The translations under genes were made by a program, and so were the position numbers. Below, piece after piece: positions 24,586-39,000 of a DNA stretch of 64,000 nucleotides. The notes beneath the pieces are model-generated. The model worked only from the letters and a program-made list of their open reading frames with translations, searched no databases and was not told the DNA's origin. Source of the DNA: Catajapyx aquilonaris (Eukaryota). The stretch lies in contig KZ538180.1 of the NCBI GenBank assembly GCA_000934665.2, positions 1 to 64,000 on the forward strand, in the 5' to 3' direction. How positions within the stretch are numbered: position 1 is the stretch's first letter; the number at the start of each line of letters is the position of its first letter.

Positions 24586-27500
24586 AAAAAAATTCACCTT
24601 ATGTAGTATAGGAACAGCCTGTACACTACATGAAGCTTAGTGTAGTAACGAGCAAATTACTAACGAGTAACTGGCTATCCCACTGATCTCGGAGTTAACG
24701 GCTTTAAGGGCCAAATATTCGCCAAATTAGTCTCAGATTGCCAAGCCAATTTTGTCGGTGTTTATGGAAATCTTTGCGAGTTTCTTCTCAGAGTCCCGTA
24801 ACCCCGTTAGCAAGTAGACCATTGCATTGATTTCTTTAAAGCGGTTGATAAGCCGAGACCTCCTCCCAAAACTAGGCGGGGGCTTATTGAGTCAGGCGTC
24901 GGATGAATGAGCCCGTATTCTCCTCCGGATAAAACCGCTTCAAAAAAAAAAAACCAGTTCCTCTCGAGTTTGAACAATACATTAATCTGGTGAAGATGAC
25001 GATTCTTTCAGACTCATTTCTGCCCTTTGAGCTTTAATCTTTTTCATTTCCAATACTTCCGGGCTAATTTTTTCCTTCCTCTCCATTTTCTTCATTCCAA
25101 TTTCAGCTCTCTCGCCATTTCTTTCGTCTCGTTTGGCCATCGCCAAACTCATTTTCTGCGACGATCGAGTGCTCTAATGGCTCTTGGATGCTTCCTGACT
25201 TCGCGATGGGGAGAATATTAGCAAGCTTTTGATTACTCCCGGATTCATGTTGACCACAAATTTTTTTTGGGGTGGATGTAGGAGTGTGGAGGTGTATAGT
25301 GCATCCCAACTGCACTTTGCAGCCATGCATCTGGGGCGTGGGAAACCCTGTTATCGCATTGGGAACAAGCCAACCATGAAGGAGGTCGTGGGGGTATAGG
25401 GTAGAGAGTGAGGGGGCGTCGATTTTTTACGGACAAAAATGGTATGGAGAGGGGGGGGATTCAGTGGAACTTCAGTGACTTCGGGGACACAATTAATACA
25501 TAATACATTGGCCAGTGTTGGATGAGTTTTAATGGCTGTGCTGGGGAACCTGCGATAATGGACACACAAAAATGTTCCGCCGAACAGTGTAAAAATCAGG
25601 GCCCTCCCAGCCTAACATGTAAACTTTTTTCCACCCCTGGGTTTGTGGTGTAACGTCACCCACCCAAATCCGTCCGTTCAAAATGAGGAAATTTATTCGC
25701 CTCGAACGAACAGCAACGCGCCAATAATGAATAGTGATGCGGTTGCCATTTTGACCACGGCGCGAATCAAATCCATTTGCGAAATTGCACAGCCGGTTCA
25801 TTACCCATCCGTGTCTATTATAAATCGCATATTTTAATTTTTTCATTCACTGCTAATTAACTGCCGGACACATTTAAATTCTCATCTCGGGAGAGGGTGG
25901 GTGTGGGGAGGGGTCTACATCCGATGAACAATAAATATCCTTTTTCAACCCCACAATTTCCAAGTGGGTTGACAGGAAAAGGGGTCGTCAACTGGACGCG
26001 ACCGCTGTTCGAAACTCTCGAAATTGCTTCGGCATTAACCGCACTTTTGCATTGTTAGTTGCAATCAGCTCGGGACAGCCACGTGCTAAATATACTCGTC
26101 ATGTCCATGGTATTGCAACAATATTACAGTATGTGCAGAATATTTCAAAAGGAGCTCCCTGTACCCAGCCAGAATCAATGCAAATGGACGTCCTTGACAC
26201 CCTCGCACCTGAGACACTCTCCAGGGAAGTGTGCACATGGTTCTGCATGTCCATCAGTACACAGAAAGGCCCACTCCCTCGGCACGTGTGCGTCCAAAAT
26301 CACGCACACAATATTGCTGTGTAACACCTGCTCTGTCCTTCCATCTCTTTTTTATTTTTCATTTCCTGCCCATGAAGATAGAGTCATTTTTCCGTGATGC
26401 CCTGCTGTCACGCTATGGGCCTGGCTAGCTGCACCTTTTGCGTGGCCCTGTCTCCAAGTTGGGGGCTCTCAATAAGACGTTGGGAAATTCCGCACCGGTA
26501 CGTCTCGTTATCTTCAGCTCGCAGGCAAAAGAAGTGGGGGTGCACTTTGGCAGGGTCACGAAATTGTGAGTCATGCCCTGAGGGGGCCGAAAAAAGAAAA
26601 GAATGAGGCACCCTGCTAACAACTACTGAAGGGTGAGTCGAAATATTATCTACTAGCTAATGTATTTTCGAACCGGATAAGGATATCAATTACTCGAGTA
26701 ACTAGCGTTGTCATTATCTCTGGTTTGAATGCAAGTTTAATTAAAAAATGAGGTCATCAAATGAACAGATTCATTTTCCTTCCACCTGCAGTCCGAATAA
26801 CTACTATTAGCTGGCCAAAAACCTGGCGTTTCATATATACCCATCACTTTTTCTAACGTTGACCTCCGGAGCCTTTTTGGAACCTTTTTGCTGCACGTTC
26901 GCAATGTCAGCTGCAAATGACAGGAGCTGCTCCGACTGCTGCGTAGCTCAACTTTTCGCCCGTTTTCACAAAATCATTACCTGTCCCAACTCGCGATGAA
27001 CGCCCAGTCACACATCTGTCGCATCCATACTGCTTACCTGAAAAGGGGGACAAAAATTGCCAACATTAGAGACCCGATTTTATCACACGTTCACTCTAAA
27101 TTAGAAGTATAAGCGCAAAATTTTCTGAATTTCGCGATCATTGCAACTGCTACGAGTAGCAGCGATTCTGTCTGCACGCTACTATCTCACTAATGGATTA
27201 ATCGGTGGGGCGGGACTAATTTGGCCACGCACCCATAACATTTAAGTTAAGATTCATTATGGATTGGCGATGGAAATCTTGATGGGCGTCTAGCACCGTT
27301 ACACCACCGAGGGATTAACATTCATTGGCTCGGATGGGGAAAATGTCCCGTTGCTCCATTTGGAATTCTGCGAGGTATCATCAGTCACCCGACTTAGCTT
27401 GTGGCTTCCCGAGGAAAAGGAGCATCCAAAGTGAAGTTCCGGATTGCTTCATTATTCCGGACCTCCTTCTCCCGGGGGGGAAATTCCTTGTTTCACCCTC

Positions 27501-29993
27501 CCTTACAGAACCGAAGAATTCTCATTTGGGGAAGTCCAGGGCGCCTTGAAGTTACGCTGACCCTTCGAGAGAAAACGATCGGTCTCGGACACAACCCGAT
27601 GGCACACACACACAAAAAAGAAGACGCCACACCGGTAGTGCAGAATTATCTTTCATCGAGGCAGTTAGCGCCCAAGATACAAACGCTAACACTTTCCAAT
27701 GTTGTAAAACCCGGGCGGGTGTTTACGAGCGACCCCGGAGTATAAACAGAGCTCATTATGATTATTGGCGTAGATTTCCGGGAGGCCCCCAACTATAAAA
27801 GCGGCGGGCACCACTGGAAAATTATGACGTGCTGGAAAAAAAAATCGCTGATATCTCGGCCGCGCAGCGACCGACATCAATTCCCCTTCCCCTTGGCAAA
27901 TATTATCGCCACCGTATTTCATCAGTCAAATTGCATTACGCACGGGCTATTTTCCATCCACCAAAGTTAATTTTCGTTATTACCGCACAACTGCAGAGGG
28001 TCCTCTTGTTACTGAACCCAACGGTGTTTTAAGACCCCGACCCAGCAGCCAAGCCAGCCCAGCGACAATCCCTGGGAGTCGGCCATCGATTTCTCTCCAC
28101 AAGCACACTCAACTACTCGGTGAACAGGAATCGTGCTGGCTGCTGGCTCGGCCTATATAACCCGGAAGTCTCCGGATCTCCAGATCGATTTAGACAGAGG
28201 ATGCCAACAGCGAGAATAGATTTATCATCGCGGGAGGGCTCGCGGACTTTTGCGAGAACATGTACAATACGTATTAGCCGCGTTGTAGCCTGTCACTGCT
28301 TGAAAGTGATATTTTTCCAGTGAGGCATTGCAGAAAAGGCTCGGTCCAATTGTTGGGTTTGAGTGCTGCAGTGCTGGGGATGTAGGATAAGGTTCTTATC
28401 ATTAACCATTTTCTCTATAGTAAGGAAAAAAAATTGTGCATATGCTCAGGGGGCTAATAATGAGTGCTTGTAGAGAGTACAGTAAATTTCTATCAATGTA
28501 CAGTGCACAGCACACACTGTAAAATATTACCCCTCTCTGACCAGTAACGAGTAGAATAATATGCATAGGTGACTGTACTGACTTGTGTTAATAGCATGTC
28601 TTAAGCAGCGAGCTATGAAGCGTGTGGCATCATTTTAGTGTACGTTTCACTGTATGTTCTTGCAGTACAGTGCTGATGCTGACAAGCCAAACACCTCTTT
28701 ATGCAATAATCCCAGGGTTCGTTACACTAACCAGAGACAGAACCTCACACCTCCCTCGGTAGGGTGGAAAACAACCCGGAATCCCATTTGTGCGAGTAGG
28801 TACAGCAAAACTTGTGACACTAATCTTGTTGTGCGTGCGTCGGACTCGGGCCGCTCTATTTACGAGAACAAAAAGAACAGAAAATCACAAGCCTGCCTGA
28901 AGAAAATTCTCTAAATTGTGAGCCGGAAGGTGTCAAGACTCTGTCCATCAACATGTCACTCAACATAATTAGGGTTCATAAAGTGCCTCTATATCAGGCG
29001 GTCAGATAAGTTATCCAGTTGTCAAGGTTGGAGAAAAGTCACGCGGAAATGTCAGATATCACCAAAATATTTATCATACAGAAGTTGAACGTCTCACTCA
29101 GCCGATTCCTTATACACGATATCAGATTTTTTTCTCTCTCTGTCTATATTCCTCGCCATCTCAACCGTCAGACGTGATCAGTTTAATCTATCCCAGAGAA
29201 CTTGTGTCACGTCCGTTATATGGGCGCGTGCCTTTCCGGAGCCAAAAATCGACACGGATTCATTGCCGATGCATCGCATATTCCATCTCGGCAGTCCCCG
29301 GTATACAGTATGTCGGATGCGTAGGCGAAAACTAATTTTACAAGCTGCATCCAGAGGGGCCACCTCCCTTCGAAACACGCTACGGGGCAAAGTCAATTTG
29401 AATGCGCCGGCGAGACCCAGCCGAGGACCAATTGGATCCAACTGGATTGGACTTTGATTTGGAAGAGGGCTGCCCCTGGACCCGGATCTCCCCCCTTTCG
29501 ATATACCCTCCTCTCTCCTTCTCCCTCCGGAATTCCTCCACCAGCACAGGCCCAGTCCTCCCTGAAACGTAAAGGGGGAAAAAGGACCGGACTTTGATCC
29601 CTTGTTCCCTGGCAACTTTTCCGCTGGCGAACTGCCCAGATAGGGGTTTTGGCCAGCGGGAATAACCTTGCTCCCTTACCGCCTACGTAGAAAACGGCTT
29701 TTCTGCGCGGAATCCAGGAAAGGAGCAGCTCGTTTGTCACACGAGCCAACAGGAACTACACTTCTTCCTTTGCACTGCGCCGCTTGCACAATTTTTTCGC
29801 TCTTTTCCTCATTAAAAATACGCATTTTCAAGCTGGTGAAACCCGGAGTCCGACTCGGAGTGTCTGGAGGTGGCGCCCAGTAATTTGTATTGTTGATGAG
29901 AATAAGTATTCTCGGATGCAAATTTGATGCTTGCTCTGGTGGCCATAGGTAACATTGTGGCCATACTGCCAATAATGGCAGCCATGTTCCTTA

Positions 29994-30079
29994 GAGGACG
30001 TCACAAAACAGTAGCCAGCTTGGATGACGTCACAGAAACTGTAATCCTGAGATGATGACGTCACAGAGGATATGCAAAT
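29994..30079. promoter_or_regulatory. Three ~30-bp-spaced CRE-like motifs followed by an octamer motif (short degenerate tandem repeat)
   Basis: GGACGTCA (29996), TGACGTCA (30025) and TGACGTCA (30056), each followed by CA; ATGCAAAT at 30072-30079. Regulatory function is only inferred. Confidence 0.4.
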
Positions 30080-33000
30080 AAACTAAGTTTAGTCCATCCT
30101 GCTGTGACGACTATTACGGGTTCTTAATTGCACTACGGCGCTATTTCCTTTGAACTGCGCCAAAAAGTTGGGGATTAAAAAAAATCGGATGGTGGGCAGC
30201 GATACTTCTTCAGAAGTTTTAATTGGAGAATTAATTATGCCCCTGGCTCAAGTTCTGACCCAGTGCAAAAATAATTTTGGCGACTTTGTAAATTCCCTAT
30301 TATACTTTGCATTTGGCCTGCTTGAGAGAGATCAGTTACTTTCAATCTGATCCAGTCGACATGTTTTCTCTCTCTCTCTTTCTCCCTCGACCTCCCCTCA
30401 ACTAATTTTCCATGGGGCGTCCTTACAAATCAGGCCACTAAAATGCATGGTGCATCCGCTTCTATTCCATTGCTTTTTGGCCTCCTGAGCCGCTGAAAGG
30501 ACCCGGAGCGTAAGAACAGGTCGTAATGAGGCGGGTAGGTAATGCCCGGCCCCCGGATTTTCTCCGGTCCCTTCAACTTTGCGCTGATATACTGCAACTG
30601 TCTAGAAAGCCTCTCGTCCGAATCGAAGGATCGTATTTCAACCACTAATAATTGGCGGATTGCGAGCTTTTCTTCTTTGTCGGCGAGAGGTGGTTGAACC
30701 TCGCGCGTATTGGAAAATCGCGATTGCAAACTGGCACAAAAAAAGAGTACGCTTTTCATAGGTCAATCCGCGGTGATTGCGGACTACACTTTTCCAGCTG
30801 GAGAGAACCCACTCAAAAGAGACCAATAATAAGTAAGTTTCCAGCGGAGGACCACAAAAGAAGTGCGGGAGCTGCAAAAAGCAAGTGGATGGCAAGATCC
30901 TTTTTCGCCAGGGCCCCAGCCACAGCTATACCACGTCAACCTTGTTCGCCATAGGAATCCTCCGGAACTCACAAAGAAAAACCCGCTCCAGTTTGCTCGA
31001 GTTTTTTTTGGCGATTTTTTTTTCGGTAGAGCCCACCCCTCCTTCTTGGATGGAGCGGCCATATTGGCTTATTCGGGCTCCCTTGCCACACTGGCCCTTT
31101 TTATAAAGAGCCACATCCCAAGGGAGATATGAGACTTTAAAGGTTGCATTGGTGGGCAGTACTTCATTGTCTTATCCGGAAATTCTAGTGGGTTTGTAGC
31201 ATAAAATGAATTCACATTTTGAGCGGGCTATTGTAGGAGTAAAAAACACGATTGCTGGAACCGTGCATACAAAAACATGCATAATCTGACGAGAGCTGTC
31301 AATTACTGTCAGCCAGCTTAGTTTCAACTCCCCCCAACCATATACCTTACGTAATTAATTAAACTCAGCAGCGACGTCCTCACCCGCGCAAATAACCTAG
31401 CGGAGCGTAGCTATCCGACACTTACGCTCGCAATATCGCGCCAAAGTGAACGACAATTATTCTCCAAAATTATACGCCTGTTATGCTTGCCAAACCCCCC
31501 TCCCCCAACTTATAAAGGTCCCGACCATGAAAGTACCCATTATCTCACAGGCAGGAGTTACCCGTGGAAAATCCGCGAATTCCTCCACCAAAATTCTCGC
31601 ATGGCGACCCCGCCTTTCAACATGGGGGAGGCCCTGGTCCAAAATTAGAGTGCATTAAAAATTTGTGGCGAATCACGTATAACCCGATGGCCCTACCCCA
31701 GAACCCAGCAACCAAAGTCAGAATTCGGGGCATGCGTACAGTAAATCTCTCCCGCAAGAAAGAAAGCTCTTGAATAGGAAATTCAACATCGCTTGCATGG
31801 GAGGCGGTAATTTTCGTCTACGTTCTCCATACAGAGCCTAAAGTTCACAAGCGGTCACTTTTTTTGCAGGTCCGGTCATAGGTCGTGGAATTTTCGCAAT
31901 TTCCGCCGGATTTTTTTAACCTAAGAGCCGTTCATTATCACTAATTAATTTTGTACAGAAAACTTCAAATGCGCGTACTTCATGAATGGTGTACACAGTG
32001 TTTGGAGTTCCAATTTACATTTACTGTTTTTGGATAAGCTCCCAGCTTTACCGTACCACTCTGATAGGCTTAATTAATTATCCGAGTGATACGTGCAAAT
32101 TCAATTAATACATGAGCCATGGATCCACCGCAACCAGGTAAAAAAAACCAATTCCTCGAGCATAGCACCCGTTTGAATCAGCTGTAATCCGTGGTATGTG
32201 CCATTAATTGGCAGCATGTGAAAGCGACACATTGGTTGAAATATTTTGCTGTAAAATGGTGATATGTATTTTTTCAAACACAAACGAGATCTGACAAAAA
32301 CGCGTCAGTGATTTGTTAATAAAAATTCTGTCATCTCTTGCTTTGCTGACACTCCCATGGCACAAGTATTGATTGTAGGTCTGCCCCTGGAGCTTTGACA
32401 AATGCACGGAGCCAACATTGGAGTCGCGACAAATCCAAGCAGCCATTCTTTTGTGTTCCCTGTTCGTGTACAAAAAAAAACATCATGAATGTCGAGCATT
32501 ACAGCCACTTGTGCAGAAAGAGTCTTGTCAACAGAGTCAGGTCTTTGTATCTTCTCTAGGGGGACGAACGTGCGAGTGGAAACGCTATACAAGGTTGTAT
32601 GATATTGAAAAAAAAGTCTCAAAAATTCAAGCAGAAGTTCAACAATTGCATGTTTCTGTTGGGTAGGAAAATTTACAGACTTTGGGCACACATTTTTTTC
32701 TCTCAAGACAATTTCGTGATTTTTGTTGGACCGCCCTGTGCAGTGTCGTAACTTTCAGGTTGAAAGTAAGAGTGTATAAATGGGGAAAACGTGGCGGCTA
32801 ACAAAGAATTAATTGCGAGACAAGGATCATCGTTCTGCGGCAAAGTGTAGCCCTCCCCCCCCCCTTTTCCTACAGGAACAAAAAAGAAGAAGAGGGGAAA
32901 CGGAGGAAACTGTTGTACAACCGAGTTCCATAACAGGAATTGGAAAAGTTCGGATGAAAGACGGTCCCATGCTACAAACGAGATTGGAAACTAAGAGGAA

Positions 33001-36000
33001 GGTCTTCATTCTCCACTCTAACATTCCCCCCTTTTTTTCCTCACTGTCTTGATGCTGCAAGGTTGAATCTATTTCTTCAGGAGAATTACATTGTTGGTTT
33101 AGACTACCTTAAGTTATGAGAAACCTAGCAACCTGCTGAGCCAAACCAGCATGATTAAATCTGGTTACAGCACAGCATGGCCTCAAATATTCCTGAGAGC
33201 TGCACCTGACAGTTATTGCAAAGTTTGATTCCATTTTAACTTCTCTAGACAACAACCTTCGTGCTGCTATATATTTGGCTAACAGTGGCCCAATTTCCTC
33301 ACAATTGTTTGAGAATGAGCAGTGTGTGACTGGCCAAATAGCAAAGCACAAGCGGTCCTGATGATTGTGTCCAATTTTGTAATGAAACGTCGCTCCAGCC
33401 ATGGCACGTTAGTGTCATATTCTAGCTGTTGGATCGAAAGGGGATCGTGCCAGATGCAGTGTTTGTATTTCCATTGTATCAGTTCTAGGTAACCGCGAGT
33501 TATAAGAGGCCTGAATTACAGTGCTGGAGGGGCGTTTAAGGAAATTAATACTCACATTTGGGCGTGCTGTGGCATAGGGCTTCATTATACAGAAATAATT
33601 ACTGGAGGGTGACGTGCGTGGGGGAACAAAGGCCTGTGCCATGAAACGCCTGTTGTTATTATTATTTTCGCATTGTGTGAAACTCAAAAAAGGCTCCTAC
33701 TGTAAATAATTCGTCAATAGTACAATGCAAAAAGGTCGGCCTAATACCAACCGGTTTTGCAATTATTATAAGCTTAAAACGGGACAAATGACGCTGGCGG
33801 TTCCGTCTGAAAATGTTGTCCAGTGGCGATTATTCAGTAGCAGGTCATACATTATTAATGCAGACACTGTAATTCATTATGTTAATATTTAAATTTCAGG
33901 TGTACAAGACCAAATATTGCCTTTGAATTAACTGGAAATTATCCTTCTCCATATATTACGCCAGTGTCCAGTGCAAGCATGCAATATCACAAAGTTAATT
34001 GCGGTCCGTACTTTTTGATGAATCTGTCGCACCGACTGCCAAACGCAGCAAAACTGTTCGGAAAAAACTTCCTACCTGTGCAGCATATGTGGCGACCACA
34101 AAAATAAACAGTCCCGCGGAGTTCAATTTCGTGCAAAGTATAGCAAAAACAAATTCTGCCGTACATGAATGCAAATTACAACCATTTCAAAACACTGCGT
34201 CACTTCCAGAGGGCGAAATATATTGCGCGTTATGTAAATTAGAGACCTAAAAGTCACATTTGGCTGATTTTAAGATATGATGAATGTTGATGATTACCTT
34301 CTTCTCTTCGGAATATATTTTTGCTACCATTTTTCTATGAACTTTAATTTTTTGTATGGATAAATTTGTCAAGAGGTAGTGTTATTACACAATGATTAAC
34401 TTGACTATTGTTCTGCATGCCTTTTGTCAACTCTCTCGGTCATATTCTCCGGAAAGCACATAAAGTCTGGCCCATCAATCAAGCGTTAGCATATATTAGC
34501 TGCAGCACTGTAACCCAGGTTAGTTTCATCCCCGGTTTTAGCATCTGGCATTGATGGCCCAGCATATATTAGTCCGAGGCGAAAGAGCCGGAGCAGCAAA
34601 TCCGGGAAGATATAACCGGAGCAGACTATTGAGCAGCCCAAGAACTTTTACTGCCGTAGGACAGACGGCACGCAAGCCAAATAAATCAAGTCTCCACACA
34701 CACCCACACATACAAGGAAAAAGCCACGGGCGCTTCTCTGCTTCACTCACTACCTCCTCCTTCTTTTTCTATATATATATTTTCTCCATACTGTATATAT
34801 TCGTTGCAAGCTCTTTCAGCATTTCTGAGAGAGACAGCATTCCTCAGCAGATTTTCTGCTTGGGCATAAAGCAAACATCGGCGGTTTGGAATGCACTCGC
34901 CAGATTCACTGCCTCTGCAGGTGTGGAGCACGGCCTCAAAGACCCCCCTTGACTGACTAATTTCGTACCCACCTGCGCTTCGAAATCGCGTATCTCCGGG
35001 GCATCTACCCAGCTTGTATTAGAAACCGCGCAGCTCTCCTGCCAAGCATAAATTTGCATACTGAAAAATTTAAAAGGTTGCGGCTCGGATGGCAAGTTAG
35101 CACAATTTTTTCCCCATTTCTACGAGGTCAATTTGCGGAATTAATGCAGGCTTGACGCTCGTCGAAAAACCGCAAAAATGGTGTACGTGAAAAGTGTGTT
35201 TATTAGTTACAAACTGAAGACCTGGGTTGGAGAATTTGAATCACCGTATTGCACTATCACTTTAAGCCAAACTGGATCAGGTTTTGCATGAAGTACAACT
35301 GCTGAAATTGGGTTCTGCTAAAAACGCGACTTACGGATTAAGTTTGAGTAGTTTGACTTTAGCACCACTAGTGAGTCTGGGGGGAAAGCAGCAGTATTAT
35401 TGTTTGATATTCGGGCTTGGAGAAAGAGTTTATTCTAAACAGGTTCGTATATAAAGCCAGAGGTCACAGTTTTGAATAAAATTCAAGTAGTATAGTCGTA
35501 AACGGTACACCTTTAAAAAGCTCGCACACATATAACGCTGGGCTTGCAAAACACGCCAATGATTTATAGCAAAGCACTAGTGCCGTGAATTCCGCCCGCT
35601 TCACAAACCTAACTGCTATATATGTGTCCTGGGCCGTTATTTCGTAGCTGCTGGCACCAAAAGGCGTATATATACACCATCAGCAACTAACAGCCTGGCA
35701 TAAACAGCAGTCGCATGGACAAAACACCTCGACTGAGCATTTAATGAAATTAGCTCTCTTGTATTCTGATCCCGGATATATGCAGCAGGAATCCTGGGCC
35801 CGGAAAAAAACAACTAAAAAACACATGTTCGGAATCCACATGAATGGCATTTTATGCACTGATTGATTGCCACACTTGAAAGGGGGCAGGGAGAGAGGAG
35901 GGGAAAGGCATTCGATGGATCATGAATTTTCAAACGGATTTGCAATCCTGAACAAATGAAAACGAGTAGGATTTGCGGGGACAAAGTCTCTCATCATTTG

Positions 36001-39000
36001 CGCCGCCTGCTGTTCCCCGCATGGACCAGAAAATTAACGGGTAGATTTACACGTAAACTGCAAGTGGGTGGGTGCTGGGAGGGCTTATTAATCGACTGAA
36101 GTAATTAGTAACACATCCTGCCATTCTTGGGTTACAACCTGTAAGCTATGCGCACATAACTTATGCGAGAAATGACACGTTCATTGAAATTGAAAGTGGA
36201 CATGATGTGTTTGTAGAAACTAAATCTAAAAAAAATTCTGATCATTTTATGTCAATTATGTATTTCGTCATGACAATTTCACTTTCATTGTATCGATTTA
36301 AAAAAAAGGAATTCGGAGTTCCCATTAGGGAATTGCTCGCATAATTTCGTCGCAAGACCAGCATCTAATATGGATCGAAGAAGCATTGCTCCAGCCAAGA
36401 TATTGGTCACAAAATGTTCCTTCGTCCCAGCTCATAATACGTGCAAGCCACATTAAACTAGGTCTAATTAGCGAGGAGAGGCGGTTATAGATTTCGCCAC
36501 GAGACTAACTTATTCCGCATAAGCAATCTCTGTGAGAGGTTCATTCGGTGCTCACAGAAAGCAACGCGCCTTGCTCGTAAATAATGGAGGCGCCAATTCC
36601 TCCAGACTTAATCCCACACAATCTTCTCGGAACGGAAATAAAAGCTTGTGCAGAGCAGGAATTTTAATCCCGGGAGGATTTCCTCTTCAACAAGCTTGCT
36701 CTCTCTAATGAGCGCTTTTGAGTCTATTACCACGTCAGACGGGGACTAAACATCCCTGCTTTAATGCATGTTCTGCACCCGCATCATGGGGACAGACGGC
36801 CAGGCCTGAACATGATGATGGTCAAGCGCATGGTGTCAGGCACAGCAAAGGTGTGGAGTTTTTTTTCCCCTCCCAGAGGATTCTGTTACATGTGACAAGG
36901 ATGTTATGGCTTGAAATTCAAGAATTTTGATTACTGTGCGCTTTAAAAATTCAGCTGTTAGTATACTAAGCTGCTTTAATGGTATTGAATGCAGGTATTT
37001 AAACTGGGAATTGCAGCGAGTTTCTATTTTGAACTGGCCTATATTGGAGCAATATTGGGATTGAACATATTTTTCAGGTGTTAAAAATATGACTTCAATT
37101 AACCATTATTATGGATGACATTTTAAAGCTTCTAGTCTAAACTATCATTTAAAAATAACTGAGAGAAAAATTTATAACTTAAATGCAGAGGTCAGTTGGA
37201 ACACCCTGTGCTGGGGTGAACTTTGTAATGGGTAGGCTATATTCGACCGCACCAAATTTTCACCTGATATTAATGCCCTAAATCGATTAAATTTTCTGGT
37301 TAATTATGGATAATTTGAACAGTTATAACTAAAGTGATCATTACGCCGAAATTCTAACTAACACCGTGTATAGGTGACGTCAATATAATTATTCATTTCT
37401 GAAAAAAAATGTTTGCCCTTAATCCAATTTCTCAAGTTAATGGCTGCGTTAGAATTCACTTACTATATAGCCTACCACAGAACATTACGCAATTGGAGCA
37501 TTCCTTCAGCTCCAAAAGATGCCAAAGTGGAGCCGCCCTCCACCTTGAAGCGCACCGGCATTTAACCTCCTTTTTCTGCTTAAAAAAAGGAGTCTAATTC
37601 GCATTCCGCTCTTCTTTGCCCATCATGGAAACCGGACTAGAAACAATCCTCCCGGACTGATTTAAACTCGCAGGTCGCCTCCTTCTTCGTTTGGGGTCCC
37701 TCTTCTTTTTTTTTCGTGTGTGTGTGTGTGTCCTCTCCATCCCCGCCCTGGCTCTTGAGTAAGGCCCAAATCTGCCTCGGGCCTCATCTTCCATTCCCAT
37801 TGATACCTCGGCAATGATCCGGCAACGTGTGGTGAATGAGCAAGCCTCATCCGGGAAGCGCATCATGATTGCAACTAGCTTTCTCTCCGGGACGCCAGCA
37901 ATTGCCGGCCGGCCCGAGCTCTAGCCTGGAACAACCCCATCAGCATGCGGCCGCAAAGGACCCGGAGAAAACGGGGTTCCGGGGGGCCTATGCCATATAA
38001 CTGCAGACTAACGTCAATCCCTCCTCTTTGGCCCCGGATGCGGGAATTACGCCTCCGGACTATTGGCGCAAGAGGTGGAAACAAGGCTAAGGTTCAAGCC
38101 TTGGCATCACCCGCATGTTTGCAGACGCATTCATGCTGGCAGGACATGAACACAACTGGCATTTTGCTGCATCCATTTACGGGAAGCTTGGTAAACAGAA
38201 TGCGGGACAACCCCCGGAAAAGAGAAGGGTTGGGCTCCATTAGGAGGAAGATGAATTTCACATGAATCCATTCACTAATGCACTTTCAGGACACGTATGT
38301 CGCGTCCCCGGTTTCAGACACTGAAGGGTAATCTGTTTAGCTGACGGGTTGCTGGGTGCATTACTTGCAGATCGTATCGCTGATCAATGTGGCGCAGGGT
38401 GAACTTCAGGTCAAAATAATTATGTCTCAATACGAGCCAAAAATATTAGAGAAATAAATGTCGAAACCCCAACGACATGTTTCCTAGACACACGCGGCAA
38501 CTTGCAGTCACAAAATGTTGCCGGAAGGTTCATTCGAGAGAGGTGTGCAGACATGTCAGCAGCATGTTATTGAAATATTACGTATAGTACGTAGGGAAAT
38601 TCCGTAATTTTCATTTTCAAGTACAGTATTACTGCGTATTATAACAGGTAAACATAATATCCAGAGCAAGAAATTCGACAGTAAAATTTATTTGATTTTT
38701 TCGCCTGCTAATGAACTGAACCGCATACTGCCTTCTGCATCAATAGTCAGCAGATCACAAAAAAGCCTGTAATTTTTTTACATGTGCAGTACATGTAACT
38801 GTAATGTTTTCAAATATTCAGTGGACTTTCTCGTTCATTTACACGGAAGCTGCACAGTTAGCGGTTGGTGCAAAATTCCGCGGCTATGCACTATAACTGG
38901 TACGAGTGAAAATTTCAACTGTATAATAATTGTGAGAGACATATTAAAACCCACTTGTCAGCTTGAGACATTTGAGAGAGAAAATGAGTCGACACCCCTT

